The position numbers were made by a program, and so were the translations under genes. A DNA stretch of 51,804 nt from Verrucomicrobia bacterium ADurb.Bin122 (GTDB lineage Bacteria > Verrucomicrobiota > Verrucomicrobiia > Opitutales > Opitutaceae): assembly GCA_002070825.1 (NCBI GenBank), contig MWDT01000001.1, positions 1 through 51,804 on the forward strand. The letters run 5' to 3'. Positions 39,972 to 49,659 of the stretch are shown here, in pieces. The notes under the pieces were generated by a model. It ran no database searches. It was given only the letters and a program-made list of their open reading frames with translations, and was not told the origin of the DNA. Numbering within the stretch: the stretch's first letter is position 1; the number at the start of each line of letters is the position of its first letter.

Positions 39972-41234
39972 GTGTTCGCCCTCGTCGATTGCAATTCATT
40001 CTACTGCTCCTGCGAGCGGGTCTTTCAGCCGAGGCTGGAGGGCCAGCCCGTCGTCGTCCTTTCTAACAACGACGGCTGTGTCGTTTCGCGCACGATAGAA
40101 GCCAAGGCGCGTGGCATCGCCATGGGGGAGGTCTGGCACCTGGCACGCCCCGAACTTAAGGCGGGGGTCCACGCCTTTAGCTCCAACTACACCCTCTACG
40201 GCGACCTGAGCCGGCGCGTCATGGCCACCCTGCGCGGGTTCGCGCACCACATCGAAGTCTACTCCATCGACGAAGCATTTCTCCGCTACGACATCGCGGC
40301 CGACTGGACCACGCTCGGCCGGGAAATCCGCGCCACCGTGCAGCGGCACACCGGCATTCCCGTGAGCGTCGGCTTCGGCCCCACCAAAGTGCTCGCAAAG
40401 CTCGCCAACCGGCTCGCCAAACAACGCGAAGCCCATGCCGGCGTGTTTCTCTGGCCCACCGATCCAGCCGCCGCCACCGCACTCCTCGAAACGGTGCCCG
40501 TCGGCGAAGTCTGGGGCATCGGCCGGCGCCTCTCCGAGCGCCTCGCGCCCCTAGGCATCACCACGGCCCGCGCACTGCGCGATCTTGACGACGCGACTGC
40601 GCGACGTCGGCTCACCGTCACCGGCCACCGGCTCGTACTTGAGCTACGCGGCCAGTCCTGCCTCGCATTGGAAGAGCTTGCCCCGCCCAAGCAGGCCCTC
40701 TGCTGCGCTCGGGGATTCGGCACTCCCCTATCCACCCTGGACGCCTTGGGCGAACCGCTGGCAACCTACGTCAGCAGACTCGCCGAGAAATTGCGCGCTC
40801 AGCGGCAGGTCGCCGGCTATCTCCAAGTCTTTCTTGAAACGAATCCACACGCGGGCGTCCCACAGTATTGCCCGAGTACCGGAAGCACGCTGCCGCTGCC
40901 GAGCAACGACAGCAGCCGACTCGCCGCCGTCGCAGCCGGTCTGCTCCGCCGGATATTCCGGCCAGGGTTTTCGTTTCGCAAAGTCGGCGTACTTGTCTCG
41001 GACCTCAGTCCCGAATCCTCCATGCAACTCGCCTTCGAAGCCCCGCCTGCGGAGGTTCTGGCGCGCCGCCACACGCTCATGGCAACAATGGACCGCCTCA
41101 ACCGCGACTACGGCCGCGGCACCGTCCGTCTGGCCTCCGCCGGCAACACTGCCCCCGTCTGGAAGCTCCGCCAGGCCCGCCTCAGCCCCTGCTACACCAC
41201 CAGCTGGGAATCCCTGCTCACCGTTTCCGCGTAA
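39972..41234 (+). CDS. umuC: UmuC-like Y-family DNA polymerase
   Basis: GTG start. MFALVDCNSFYCSCERVFQPRLEGQPVVVLSNNDGCVVSR is the typical UmuC N-terminus. Lies 16 nt after umuD. Confidence 0.9.
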   Translation: MFALVDCNSFYCSCERVFQPRLEGQPVVVLSNNDGCVVSRTIEAKARGIAMGEVWHLARPELKAGVHAFSSNYTLYGDLSRRVMATLRGFAHHIEVYSIDEAFLRYDIAADWTTLGREIRATVQRHTGIPVSVGFGPTKVLAKLANRLAKQREAHAGVFLWPTDPAAATALLETVPVGEVWGIGRRLSERLAPLGITTARALRDLDDATARRRLTVTGHRLVLELRGQSCLALEELAPPKQALCCARGFGTPLSTLDALGEPLATYVSRLAEKLRAQRQVAGYLQVFLETNPHAGVPQYCPSTGSTLPLPSNDSSRLAAVAAGLLRRIFRPGFSFRKVGVLVSDLSPESSMQLAFEAPPAEVLARRHTLMATMDRLNRDYGRGTVRLASAGNTAPVWKLRQARLSPCYTTSWESLLTVSA

Positions 41235-41361
41235 GCCCCTGCCCCGACTTCCCCCACCTGACGTTGGATTTTCGACGTACATTTTGTCTCCGTCCTCCGC
41301 CTCCACATCCACGCGCATCCCAAGATTGACGATCGTACGTCACACCCCTTTGGGGCAGCCG

Positions 41362-42117
41362 CTACATCCACTCGCACCGCAGCCGGTGCCAGGCGAGAAA
41401 TTCAAGGTGTTCGGGGGCGAGCCAACGGAGCTTCACTTCCCCTGTTAAGCCAAGGCAGCCGCGCAGGTCGGCATTGATCGCAGGGGCGAAAATGCCAGTA
41501 CCGTCATCAGTGAAGGTCATCAGGTGGCGGTCGAAGAGCGCGTCGATATGGGCGCAGAGCAGGAAGCCGTTGTAGACGTTCAGGCGCTCGGCATCGGTGG
41601 CGCACTCCGCCCAAGCCTTCGCATGACTGGCCCGCAGCAACTCCGGCACGGCGATGCCCGTCACCGAACAGCCGCCGCCCCAGTAGTCCATGAGCGACTC
41701 GCGGAAGATGTCTTGCCCGACCCTCTGTTTGACGAGCCGCTCGACCTCGGTGGAGGTCGGTTTCCGCTCCGTCAATTCGAGCGCCACAGCGCGGGCGAAC
41801 CGCGCCTCAGGTGCATCCGGCAGCGCCCTGGCGAGACGCGCCGCCTCATGCAGCAGCAGCGCGAGTTCGCGCTCCGTGGATACGCTCTGCGCCTCACCGG
41901 CCGCGCGCCCGAGCGAGCGCCGCAGTTCACGATCCAGGGCCGCGTTGGCGACTCGCACCTGCCAGCGCGCACCGTCGCCCTGTCCCTTCGCGATCTCGAC
42001 CTGTGCCCGATGCAGCGCCGAGGCCAGCCGCACCCGCTGGGCCGTGGCCTCAACGACCACCTCCCAGCCGTGGTCGTAACCGGATTTCGTGACAAGGGTG
42101 CGTTCGAGGGAGTTCAT
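41362..42117 (-). CDS. HNH_2-type endonuclease
   Basis: RVGQDIFRESLMDYWGGGCSVTGIAVPELLRASHAKAWAEC...ERLNVYNGFLLCAHIDALFDRHLMTF is the HNH_2 signature. Starts 25 nt after the upstream ATPase stop. Confidence 0.8.
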   Translation of the reverse strand: MNSLERTLVTKSGYDHGWEVVVEATAQRVRLASALHRAQVEIAKGQGDGARWQVRVANAALDRELRRSLGRAAGEAQSVSTERELALLLHEAARLARALPDAPEARFARAVALELTERKPTSTEVERLVKQRVGQDIFRESLMDYWGGGCSVTGIAVPELLRASHAKAWAECATDAERLNVYNGFLLCAHIDALFDRHLMTFTDDGTGIFAPAINADLRGCLGLTGEVKLRWLAPEHLEFLAWHRLRCEWM

Positions 42118-42142
42118 GGGGGAGCGATATCAGCGAACCACG

Positions 42143-45100
42143 TCAACCGTTTGAAGCTCCAGCGCTCGTCCCAAGCCGGTGCAGGTGAAACCCGCCCTCG
42201 CCGAAGGCCTTCTGGCAAAGGTCGACGAGATGTTCATGGTGGGTGAAGAGCAGGATCTGCGTCCGCTTCCCCAATTCGCCAAGTTGAGGCAGAATCGCCT
42301 TCGCGCGGTCGTTGTCGAAGGTGATCAGGAGGTCGTCGAGGATCAGCGGCATCGGTTCGTGCTCCTCCAGAAAGCGCTCCAGCGCGGCAAGTCGCAACGC
42401 GAGGTAGAGCTGGTCGCGCGAGCCGTCGCTCAGGCCTCCGACGGTCACGGTAGTCTGGTCAGGTCGGCGCCCCACCAGCACGGGCGTGTCGTTGGCTCCG
42501 AACTCCGGCGCCAGGCCGGCGAAGGCGCCACCAGTGATCGCGCTGAAAATAGCACCGGCCCGTGAGAGCAGCGGCCCCTGATTTTCCTCCCGAAACCGCT
42601 CGATCTGCTGCTCGACCAACTGGGTGGCCAGCCGCAGTCGCAGGAAACGGGAGGCATCCTTGGCCAGCGCCGCCGCCTGCAGCTCCGCCTGCTGCCGCAG
42701 ATCGGCTGCCTGATCGCCGGCCTTCTCGAGTTCACGCTTTGCCGCGCCAAGCTGAAAAACCGTCTGCCGAACGGTCTCCAGTGCGTCGCCAAGCTCCTGT
42801 TTCTTTCGCGCCGCTTGCGCCTTCCGCTCGTGGAACGTGGCCGGATCCTCGGCACGCACTTTCGCGACAAAGTCGTCCACGCCCTGGCCGCGCACGTGGC
42901 TGCCCAGCGTCCTTCGGAGTTGATCGATCTCGGTCCGGATCACAGCACGTCGCTCCAGCTGGACCAGCAGCGGGTCGAGCGCGTCGGCGGTCTCCACCGC
43001 AGCCACACGTACCAGCTCAGCCTGCGCCTGCTCGGCAGCGCCCAAGCGCGCCTGCGCCTCGGCCAACTCCGTGTCCAGTTGCTCGCCCTGCTCGGCCAGC
43101 GCCCGGTGGCGGCGCTCAGCGTCGCGAGCCTCCTCAAGCCGCTTCCAGAGCGTGGCTTCCTGTAGTTCCGTCGACGCTTCGCCGACGCCGAGAAGTTCAG
43201 CCATGTCGGCGACTTGGCGTTCGTACTGTTCGCTGTCGCGAGCGAGCGTCCCGACCTTCGCGGAAGCGGCTTTCCACTCGTCGTAGTCGCGGAGCAGTTC
43301 GCAGCGTTTCGCGATCAGGGTCAGACCGGCCTTCGGGGAGGTGCCTTCCGGCAACCCGACCGCCTTGCATCGGGTTTTCCAGTGTTCCGCCGCTTGGGCG
43401 GCGGCCTGGCGGCATCGTTCACGCGAAGCCGCCTCCTTCGAGGACTCCGCCCTGAGCTCGGCAAGCTGTTTCGCGAGCGCCTTCCGCTCCCCCGCCGCCT
43501 GCTCGCCTTCCTGCACAAATTTTCGCCCCGCAGCGAAGAGCACCGCAAACTCCTTCTGGGCGGAATCGCCGAGCGCTTCGGCCAGCCGCCGCCGTGCCGC
43601 TTGGATCTGCGCCGACTTCCGGGCGACGTCGCCCTGGACCTCGGCCAGCTTGGCGTGGCTGTCGCAGAACGCGCACCACTGAGCACGCCATTCTTCCATT
43701 TCCGCAGGCGAGCGTGGAAGCAGAGCGCAAGGCGCCCACACTGCGGTCCACTCCTCCTCCCACTTGGCCATGGCCTCCCGATGAGTGGCGAGTCGCCGGC
43801 CAGCCTCGTCGGCCTGCTCTTGGGCCACACGGATCTGCAGCCGCTTCTCATCCGCCTGCGCCACCGCCTCCGCATTCTTCCACAAACCGTCGGCGATGGC
43901 GTCGGCCTTGGCGATCGTACGCGGGAACGCCTCCTCCAGCGGCGTGCCGGGTACCAGCTCCTCCGCCGCACCGTCGCCCTTCCACTCGGCCAGCACCAGT
44001 TCCCAGCCGCGATCCCGTTGTTTCCGGGCATCGAGCAATGCGGACTCCGTGGGCAACTCTCCCCTACGCTGGAGCCGGGCCAGTTCCGTTTCCAAATTCT
44101 CGCGCTGGCGCAGGGCCTCTCGTTGGGCCTTCTCTTCAGCCACGATCTCACGCTCGATGCGGGCCCTCTCTTCGCCATGGCGACGAATCGTGGCCGAACC
44201 GGGCACGGGCAAACGTACCGTGGCCTCGAAGTCGGCCGGGGCTCCCACCAAGGCACGATGGAGCGTTGTCGTGTTTTTCTGCTGCCGGCGCAACTCGGCC
44301 TCGCTGGCGACGATCGTCTTGTCCGCATCCGTCGCCTCGGCAGCCACCGCCAAGGCCTCGCGGATGGCGTCCAAACTGGTCTCCGCCAAGGCGGCAAGCT
44401 CACGCTCCCGGTCGGCACTCTCTCGTGCGCGGGCCTCTGCCTTCTCGCCGACGGCTGATTCCTGACGTGCGGCCTCCTGCAGTGCTTCAGCCGCCTCCTC
44501 GCAAGCCAAGCGCATCGCCGCACTCACCCGACGCTCCTCCAGAACCGCGAACGTGCCCGCCAAGCCGAGATCGCGCATGCCCGCCGCCAGGGAGGACTCG
44601 CAAGCGGCGATCTGTTCCCGCAGGCTCGCCACAGTCTTCTTGCGGTCGCGATAGATGGACAGCGACTGATGCAGCAGATCCAGCGCTTGCCCCTGCGCCA
44701 GCAGAGTGCTCGCCACCGGGCACGATTCCAACTGGGTGCGAATGCGGTTCGCCTGTTCCGTCAGGCGCCGCACTTCAGCCTGCGTCTGGGCAAGAGTCTT
44801 CCGGGCATCGCGCACGCGGTCGATGAAGTCGCTGGCCACTTCCGGCAATGCCGGCAGCGCGGCCAATTTTTCCAGCCCCTCGTCGAGGGCGACCACACTG
44901 GGCAACGCCGCCTCGCAGCGTTCCACCCACGAGAGCTCCCGTTCGAGGTTGGCCAGCTCGCCCTCGAGCCGCTGCTTCTCCCCATCCGCCTTCGCCAGAG
45001 CCTCCTCGTTTTCCTTCCACGTATCCGGATCGACCACGGCTTCGCGGCTTTGCTTCAGCAGTTCCTTGTAGCGGTTCGCCGCCGGGCGCAGCGAGACGTT

Positions 45101-45637
45101 CGCCGTCGCCCGCCCTTTGAAGATCCGGTCGGCCTCCGCTTGCAGCGTTTCCAGCACCTTCTGCACCGGTGTGCCGCCCATACTGGCCGAGAAGAGCGCC
45201 TCGCCCATCGCGCCCTCGCCCCGCAGGAGTTGCTGGGCTCCCTCGCTGAGTTCCCGTGCGCCGAGACCGAACATCGTCGAGAAATAGGCTTGGTCGACAC
45301 CGCCGAGAAACGGCGCCAAGGCATCCTCCGGCAGCACGGCACCGGCGGCGTCGAGCAACGTGTTCTTGTTTCCCTTTCGGCGCTGGAAGCTCAGCTCCAC
45401 GCCCGCCCGATTCCGGAGCCGGCCCTTCAGGCGGAGCTCCTTGTAGTCGTGCAGGAAGTTGTCGCTGGATTGTCCGTGGATGCCGAAGAGCAGATCCCGA
45501 ATCGCCCGCAGCAACGAACTCTTGCCCGCCTCGTTCGCGCCGTAGATCACGTGCAAGTCGCCGGGGGCATCGGGAAAGGCCAGCTCCAGATTGGTGAACG
45601 GACCAAACGCCGGGATCTCGATCTGTTTGAACCTCAT
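42143..45637 (-). CDS. Rad50/SbcC-like ABC ATPase with long coiled coil (YhaN/SbcE-like), 1164 aa
   Basis: The start MRFKQIEIPAFGPF... is ATG 45635-45637, overlapping the upstream TGA. Walker A GANEAGKS. About 900 aa are Ala/Glu/Arg-rich coiled coil. Signature LSDGSRDQLYLALRLA and Walker B PLILDDLL. Confidence 0.85.
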   Translation of the reverse strand: MRFKQIEIPAFGPFTNLELAFPDAPGDLHVIYGANEAGKSSLLRAIRDLLFGIHGQSSDNFLHDYKELRLKGRLRNRAGVELSFQRRKGNKNTLLDAAGAVLPEDALAPFLGGVDQAYFSTMFGLGARELSEGAQQLLRGEGAMGEALFSASMGGTPVQKVLETLQAEADRIFKGRATANVSLRPAANRYKELLKQSREAVVDPDTWKENEEALAKADGEKQRLEGELANLERELSWVERCEAALPSVVALDEGLEKLAALPALPEVASDFIDRVRDARKTLAQTQAEVRRLTEQANRIRTQLESCPVASTLLAQGQALDLLHQSLSIYRDRKKTVASLREQIAACESSLAAGMRDLGLAGTFAVLEERRVSAAMRLACEEAAEALQEAARQESAVGEKAEARARESADRERELAALAETSLDAIREALAVAAEATDADKTIVASEAELRRQQKNTTTLHRALVGAPADFEATVRLPVPGSATIRRHGEERARIEREIVAEEKAQREALRQRENLETELARLQRRGELPTESALLDARKQRDRGWELVLAEWKGDGAAEELVPGTPLEEAFPRTIAKADAIADGLWKNAEAVAQADEKRLQIRVAQEQADEAGRRLATHREAMAKWEEEWTAVWAPCALLPRSPAEMEEWRAQWCAFCDSHAKLAEVQGDVARKSAQIQAARRRLAEALGDSAQKEFAVLFAAGRKFVQEGEQAAGERKALAKQLAELRAESSKEAASRERCRQAAAQAAEHWKTRCKAVGLPEGTSPKAGLTLIAKRCELLRDYDEWKAASAKVGTLARDSEQYERQVADMAELLGVGEASTELQEATLWKRLEEARDAERRHRALAEQGEQLDTELAEAQARLGAAEQAQAELVRVAAVETADALDPLLVQLERRAVIRTEIDQLRRTLGSHVRGQGVDDFVAKVRAEDPATFHERKAQAARKKQELGDALETVRQTVFQLGAAKRELEKAGDQAADLRQQAELQAAALAKDASRFLRLRLATQLVEQQIERFREENQGPLLSRAGAIFSAITGGAFAGLAPEFGANDTPVLVGRRPDQTTVTVGGLSDGSRDQLYLALRLAALERFLEEHEPMPLILDDLLITFDNDRAKAILPQLGELGKRTQILLFTHHEHLVDLCQKAFGEGGFHLHRLGTSAGASNG

Positions 45638-46890
45638 GACTCGCTCCCTCCTCGCGTCGCCAGCGCGTCGATGATGATCGCCCGCACATCGTCCAGGACC
45701 GCCTGCCGGCCCGGCCCCGACCATTCGGCCTCGAACTCCCGGCGGACCTCCGGCGGCAGCACCTCGGCCATCTCCCGGATGTCGGCCGGCAACTCCGCCA
45801 CGGCTGCGCTCGCGCCGGCCAGGCTCTCGACGACCGTCTTCGTCAACGGATCGCGCTCGGCCAGCTGGGCAACGTCGTAAACCGGAGTCGTGACCACCTT
45901 GAGACGCTCGATCCAGAGCATGTCCGCGCCCTGGTCCTGCGCGCGGGCGAGGAGCTCCGAATGCCAACGTTCCCGGTCGCGATGAAGCCCCCCGTGCAGA
46001 GTCGTCGCACCGGAGAAGATCACGCGCGCGGCGACCGGTCGTCCCTCGGCCTGTGCCACGGCGTACTCCATCGCGGTCTGCACCCGCCCGAAGGCCTCGG
46101 CCTCCTCGATGCAACCACCGAGGTCGACCGCGATCTGGGCCCAGCGCACGACATCCACCGGGCGCCACTCGGCTTCCACGACCCGCAACGAATCGTCCAC
46201 CGTCACCAAGCGGCACCCACGCGGGCCCGCCTCCTTCACGTGCCGGCCCTGGCAGTTGCCGGAGAACACGATCCACGGGTCCTCGCACACCACCGCCGGT
46301 TGGTGGATATGGCCGAGAGCCCAATAGCCGTAGCCTTTCGTTTGGAGGTCGGCGACCGAACACGGGGCGTAGGTGTCGTGGTCGGCCGAGCCGGCCAAAC
46401 TGGTGTGCAGCAGCCCGAGGTTGAACTTACCCGCAACCGCAGCCGGGTACTCTTGGGCGAAGTTCTCCGGCACGGCCCGGTGCGGAAATCCCCGCCCATG
46501 GATCACCACCGGCAGCCCCGGCACCTCCATGGATTCCGACGTGCGAGTCGAGAAGACATGGACGTTGTCTGGCAGGCTCAACTTCTTCGAAATCACCGAC
46601 GCCGCGTCATGGTTGCCAGCGATCAAGTAGACGGGGATGCCCCGCTCGCCGAGCCGCACCATCTGCCCGCGGAAAAACAGGCCGGAGCTGTAGTCCTTCC
46701 AGTCGCCGTCGTAGATGTCGCCCGCGATCACCACGAAGTCCACCGCCTCATCGAGCGCGAGTTGGACCACGTTCTCGAAGGCGCGACGCGTGGCCCCGCG
46801 CAGGAGCGCGACCGGCGCCCCCTCGTGATACTCCAAGCCTTGGAGCGGGCTGTCCAAATGCAGGTCGGCGGTATGGATGAAGCGGAACAT
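45634..46890 (-). CDS. Mre11/SbcD-like calcineurin-type phosphoesterase (YhaO/SbcF-like)
   Basis: IHTADLHLD, IAGDIYDG, IAGNHD and GHIH are the nuclease motifs I-IV of the SbcD/Mre11 family. Confidence 0.85.
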   Translation of the reverse strand: MFRFIHTADLHLDSPLQGLEYHEGAPVALLRGATRRAFENVVQLALDEAVDFVVIAGDIYDGDWKDYSSGLFFRGQMVRLGERGIPVYLIAGNHDAASVISKKLSLPDNVHVFSTRTSESMEVPGLPVVIHGRGFPHRAVPENFAQEYPAAVAGKFNLGLLHTSLAGSADHDTYAPCSVADLQTKGYGYWALGHIHQPAVVCEDPWIVFSGNCQGRHVKEAGPRGCRLVTVDDSLRVVEAEWRPVDVVRWAQIAVDLGGCIEEAEAFGRVQTAMEYAVAQAEGRPVAARVIFSGATTLHGGLHRDRERWHSELLARAQDQGADMLWIERLKVVTTPVYDVAQLAERDPLTKTVVESLAGASAAVAELPADIREMAEVLPPEVRREFEAEWSGPGRQAVLDDVRAIIIDALATRGGSES

Positions 46891-46920
46891 GGGGGATTGG
46901 AGAGTTATGGTGTCAGGTCA

Positions 46921-49659
46921 TCACGGCTCGATGTGCGCAGCGAACAGCGGCCAAACCGCGTAGCGGACGCGGTCTTGCAGCTCCTGCTGACTCGGTCTGG
47001 CAAGCTGTTCGGCCAGCTGCCGTTCGAGCGTCAGCCATCGATCAGCGACCGTCGTCAGGCTCGGTTTCGCCCGTGCCGAGAAGCTTTGGAGCCCCCGGAC
47101 CAGGGACGCCTTTTCCTCTTCCGAGAGCTCACGTGAGGAATCCAGCTCCTGACTCGCCACGAAGAAACGGAGTTCGAGAGCAACCTCCTTCGCTCCACCG
47201 ACCGAATCGAGCTGCAGCTTCTGGCGCAGATAGCCGTAAACGACCGCATTGCGGCCGAGCGACTCCCGCAGCGTCCCGGACGTTTCGCCCCACCGGAGCA
47301 GTGCAGCGCCCACCGGATCAGTCGTCACCGCGTGTTCGCGGAGGACATCGAGCACCGGCGTCACATTCGACCCCAGGGGCCTGACCTGCCCTGCCGTTTC
47401 ACCACTGACCGGGTTGCCTTCGTAGTCGCCGATCAGGCCGAGTAGGCCGCTCTTCATTCGAATCACTCGCGCCGCCTCGTCCAATGCGACGACCGCATCG
47501 CCCTGGAAACGGAAACGGGTGACGTTCACGCCCTCCGCGGCTTGGGCTCCGCCGTAGCGAACGAGAAAAGACTCCAGATCCTCCCACCGCGCCAGGCCGG
47601 CGGGCATCTTGCGGATCGTCCGCTGGTTCGCCGCAAAGCGGTCATGGAAGCCCTGCCAGTTGCGGAACCCGCTCTCCACCAGATCGGACAAGCGGCCTTC
47701 TTCCTGCGGCCCGATCTCCGGTGCCGTGCTCGCCAGCATGATCTCCTGCAGACTCTCCGGCGCCACCAAGCACATCACCCGGGAGAAAAGCGCCTCGAAA
47801 CGCTCCGGGGCCACCATTGCCCGTGAGACCATTAGCAGGCGTTCACGCGCGACCGACCACATGCGCTCCTCGCGACTGTCCTTCAGCACGAGCGTGTCGA
47901 CGACGATTGTCTTGCGAGAACCGAAGCGGTGGACCCGGCCGACTCGTTGCTCCATGTCCATGGGATTCCATGGGACATCGAGGTGAACCAGGCGATGGGC
48001 GAACTGGAGATTGATGCCCTCGCCACCCGCTCGCGACGAGATCAGGAACTGCGGACCATCCGCGCTTCGGAACTGCGCCACTTCTCTGTCGCGCTCCGCG
48101 TCGCTCTGCCCGCCGATGATGATCGCAGGCATCTTGCCGGTCTTGCGCTGCAACCAACCCGCCAAGCCAAGCACGGTCTCGATCGGTTGTGCGAACAGTA
48201 CGATCTTGTCAGTGCCGGCCGGCCCAATCACCTGCTCCCAGAGCGCCTCCCATTTCGGTTGCAGCGGCGACAGCACCAGATTGATGCCCGTCGCGAGCAA
48301 CGAGCGCAGAATCTCGCGTTCGTACGCGCTGAAGCCCGTCGCTTCTTCGTCCTCGATATCCTCGAGGTCGCCCACGTCGGTCTGCCGCTGCACCTCCTTG
48401 CACATCCGTGCGAAGAGATCGGTCACCGGCTCGTCCGGCCGACCTCGGCGGTACGGCCGCATCGCGGCGAGCGCTTCGCGAAAACCCGGAGTCTCCAGCG
48501 TCCAGCCATCGCGGATGCCTTGGCGGACCAGATAGCCCAAGCCGGCGTGCGGGCTCGACGCCGCCCATTGCAGCGCCTGCGCACACCGCCAGCCCACAGC
48601 CCGTCGCCGAATCTCGCTCATTTCGTCCGGCGGAGGACTGAAGAAGTGTTGGATCCGCTTCAGCCAATCGCGATGCTCTTCACTCACGTCGCACACGACC
48701 GGCGGGTTCACTTGCCGCCGGGGAAACAGCGGCTGCTCGTCCCAGTCCCGCACATCCTCTTTCGTGCGGAAGATCACGCGCCCGGCCACGCTTGAATCCG
48801 GTTCCTGCGGAGTGTGCAGCAATCCCAGCAGATTCTCGAACCGCGCCTGATTGGCCTGATGCGGCGTGCCGGAGAGGAGAAACAGGTACCCGTCCGCCGG
48901 CTGTCGGGCCAGAATATCCCGGGCGAGCCGGAACTTCTGAACCGGATCGCCGCCGCCCGGTGCCCAGTCGCTGAGGTGATGGCACTCGTCCACCACGATC
49001 ACGTCCCACGGCCGACCAGTCTTGAACTTCTCGACATGAGCCGGATGCACGGCCCGATGGATGCTGGCGATGATGCGGTCGTCGGTCGCCAGATTCGCAT
49101 CGGAGTCCAGCGCCTTCCACTCGCGAAACGGCAGCCCCATGCGGCGAAACTCCCGGCCCACGTTCGAGACGAGGCGGGCTGGCGCGAGATACAGGACACG
49201 CAGGCCGGCATTCGCTGCCAGCAGTTCCTTGATGATCAGGGCGACCTCAACCGTCTTGCCCAAGCCGACTTCGTCCGCGATCAGCACACGCCGCAGCTTG
49301 GCATTATCGAGGATGTGCCGCACCAAGCTCACCTGATGGGCCAACGTCACCACCTCGCGCACCTCGAGGCGACGCTGAGGGTCCTCCGCCAGCAACGCCA
49401 AGGCCTCGAGCCGCGCCAGACTCCGCCGACTCATGTTCTGCCAGTTGGCTCCAGCCGGGAGTTCCACCATCAACTCCGCCGGTGTCTTAAGCGGGGTCGT
49501 CTGGTAGGGATCGACCTCCGTACGGAGCGCGCTCGCGACCGTGGCTTGATCGGCCCAGAGCCTTCGCGGCAGCGGCGCCAAGTCGTAGACTTTTACGCCC
49601 CAGTCTTCCCGTTCGCGCAGAATCACATGCGGAGCCCCATCGTGGGTTACGAGTTTCAT
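46921..49659 (-). CDS. SNF2-family DExH helicase with an uncharacterised approx 300-aa C-terminal region
   Basis: ADEVGLGKT (motif I), VVDECHH (II), LLSGTPHQAN (III), and SSRAGGEGINLQ...DVPWNPMDMEQRVGRVHRFGS (V-VI). Confidence 0.85.
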   Translation of the reverse strand: MKLVTHDGAPHVILREREDWGVKVYDLAPLPRRLWADQATVASALRTEVDPYQTTPLKTPAELMVELPAGANWQNMSRRSLARLEALALLAEDPQRRLEVREVVTLAHQVSLVRHILDNAKLRRVLIADEVGLGKTVEVALIIKELLAANAGLRVLYLAPARLVSNVGREFRRMGLPFREWKALDSDANLATDDRIIASIHRAVHPAHVEKFKTGRPWDVIVVDECHHLSDWAPGGGDPVQKFRLARDILARQPADGYLFLLSGTPHQANQARFENLLGLLHTPQEPDSSVAGRVIFRTKEDVRDWDEQPLFPRRQVNPPVVCDVSEEHRDWLKRIQHFFSPPPDEMSEIRRRAVGWRCAQALQWAASSPHAGLGYLVRQGIRDGWTLETPGFREALAAMRPYRRGRPDEPVTDLFARMCKEVQRQTDVGDLEDIEDEEATGFSAYEREILRSLLATGINLVLSPLQPKWEALWEQVIGPAGTDKIVLFAQPIETVLGLAGWLQRKTGKMPAIIIGGQSDAERDREVAQFRSADGPQFLISSRAGGEGINLQFAHRLVHLDVPWNPMDMEQRVGRVHRFGSRKTIVVDTLVLKDSREERMWSVARERLLMVSRAMVAPERFEALFSRVMCLVAPESLQEIMLASTAPEIGPQEEGRLSDLVESGFRNWQGFHDRFAANQRTIRKMPAGLARWEDLESFLVRYGGAQAAEGVNVTRFRFQGDAVVALDEAARVIRMKSGLLGLIGDYEGNPVSGETAGQVRPLGSNVTPVLDVLREHAVTTDPVGAALLRWGETSGTLRESLGRNAVVYGYLRQKLQLDSVGGAKEVALELRFFVASQELDSSRELSEEEKASLVRGLQSFSARAKPSLTTVADRWLTLERQLAEQLARPSQQELQDRVRYAVWPLFAAHIEP

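Noticed and set aside
41239-41358. Long-range inverted repeats in the umuC/HNH convergent intergenic region (CTGCCCC...GGGGCAG and GACGTAC...GTACGTC).
   Set aside because: The arms are only 7 nt long and separated by 55-110 nt, so they could arise by chance. There is no U-tract, so no terminator is called.
42143-46363. 1406-aa ORF extending the Rad50-like gene 242 codons upstream.
   Set aside because: The extension is Arg/Gly/Pro-rich nonsense that overlaps the well-supported Mre11-like gene in another frame. The conserved N-terminus MRFKQIEIPAFGPF with its Walker A starts at 45637, with an ATGA overlap.
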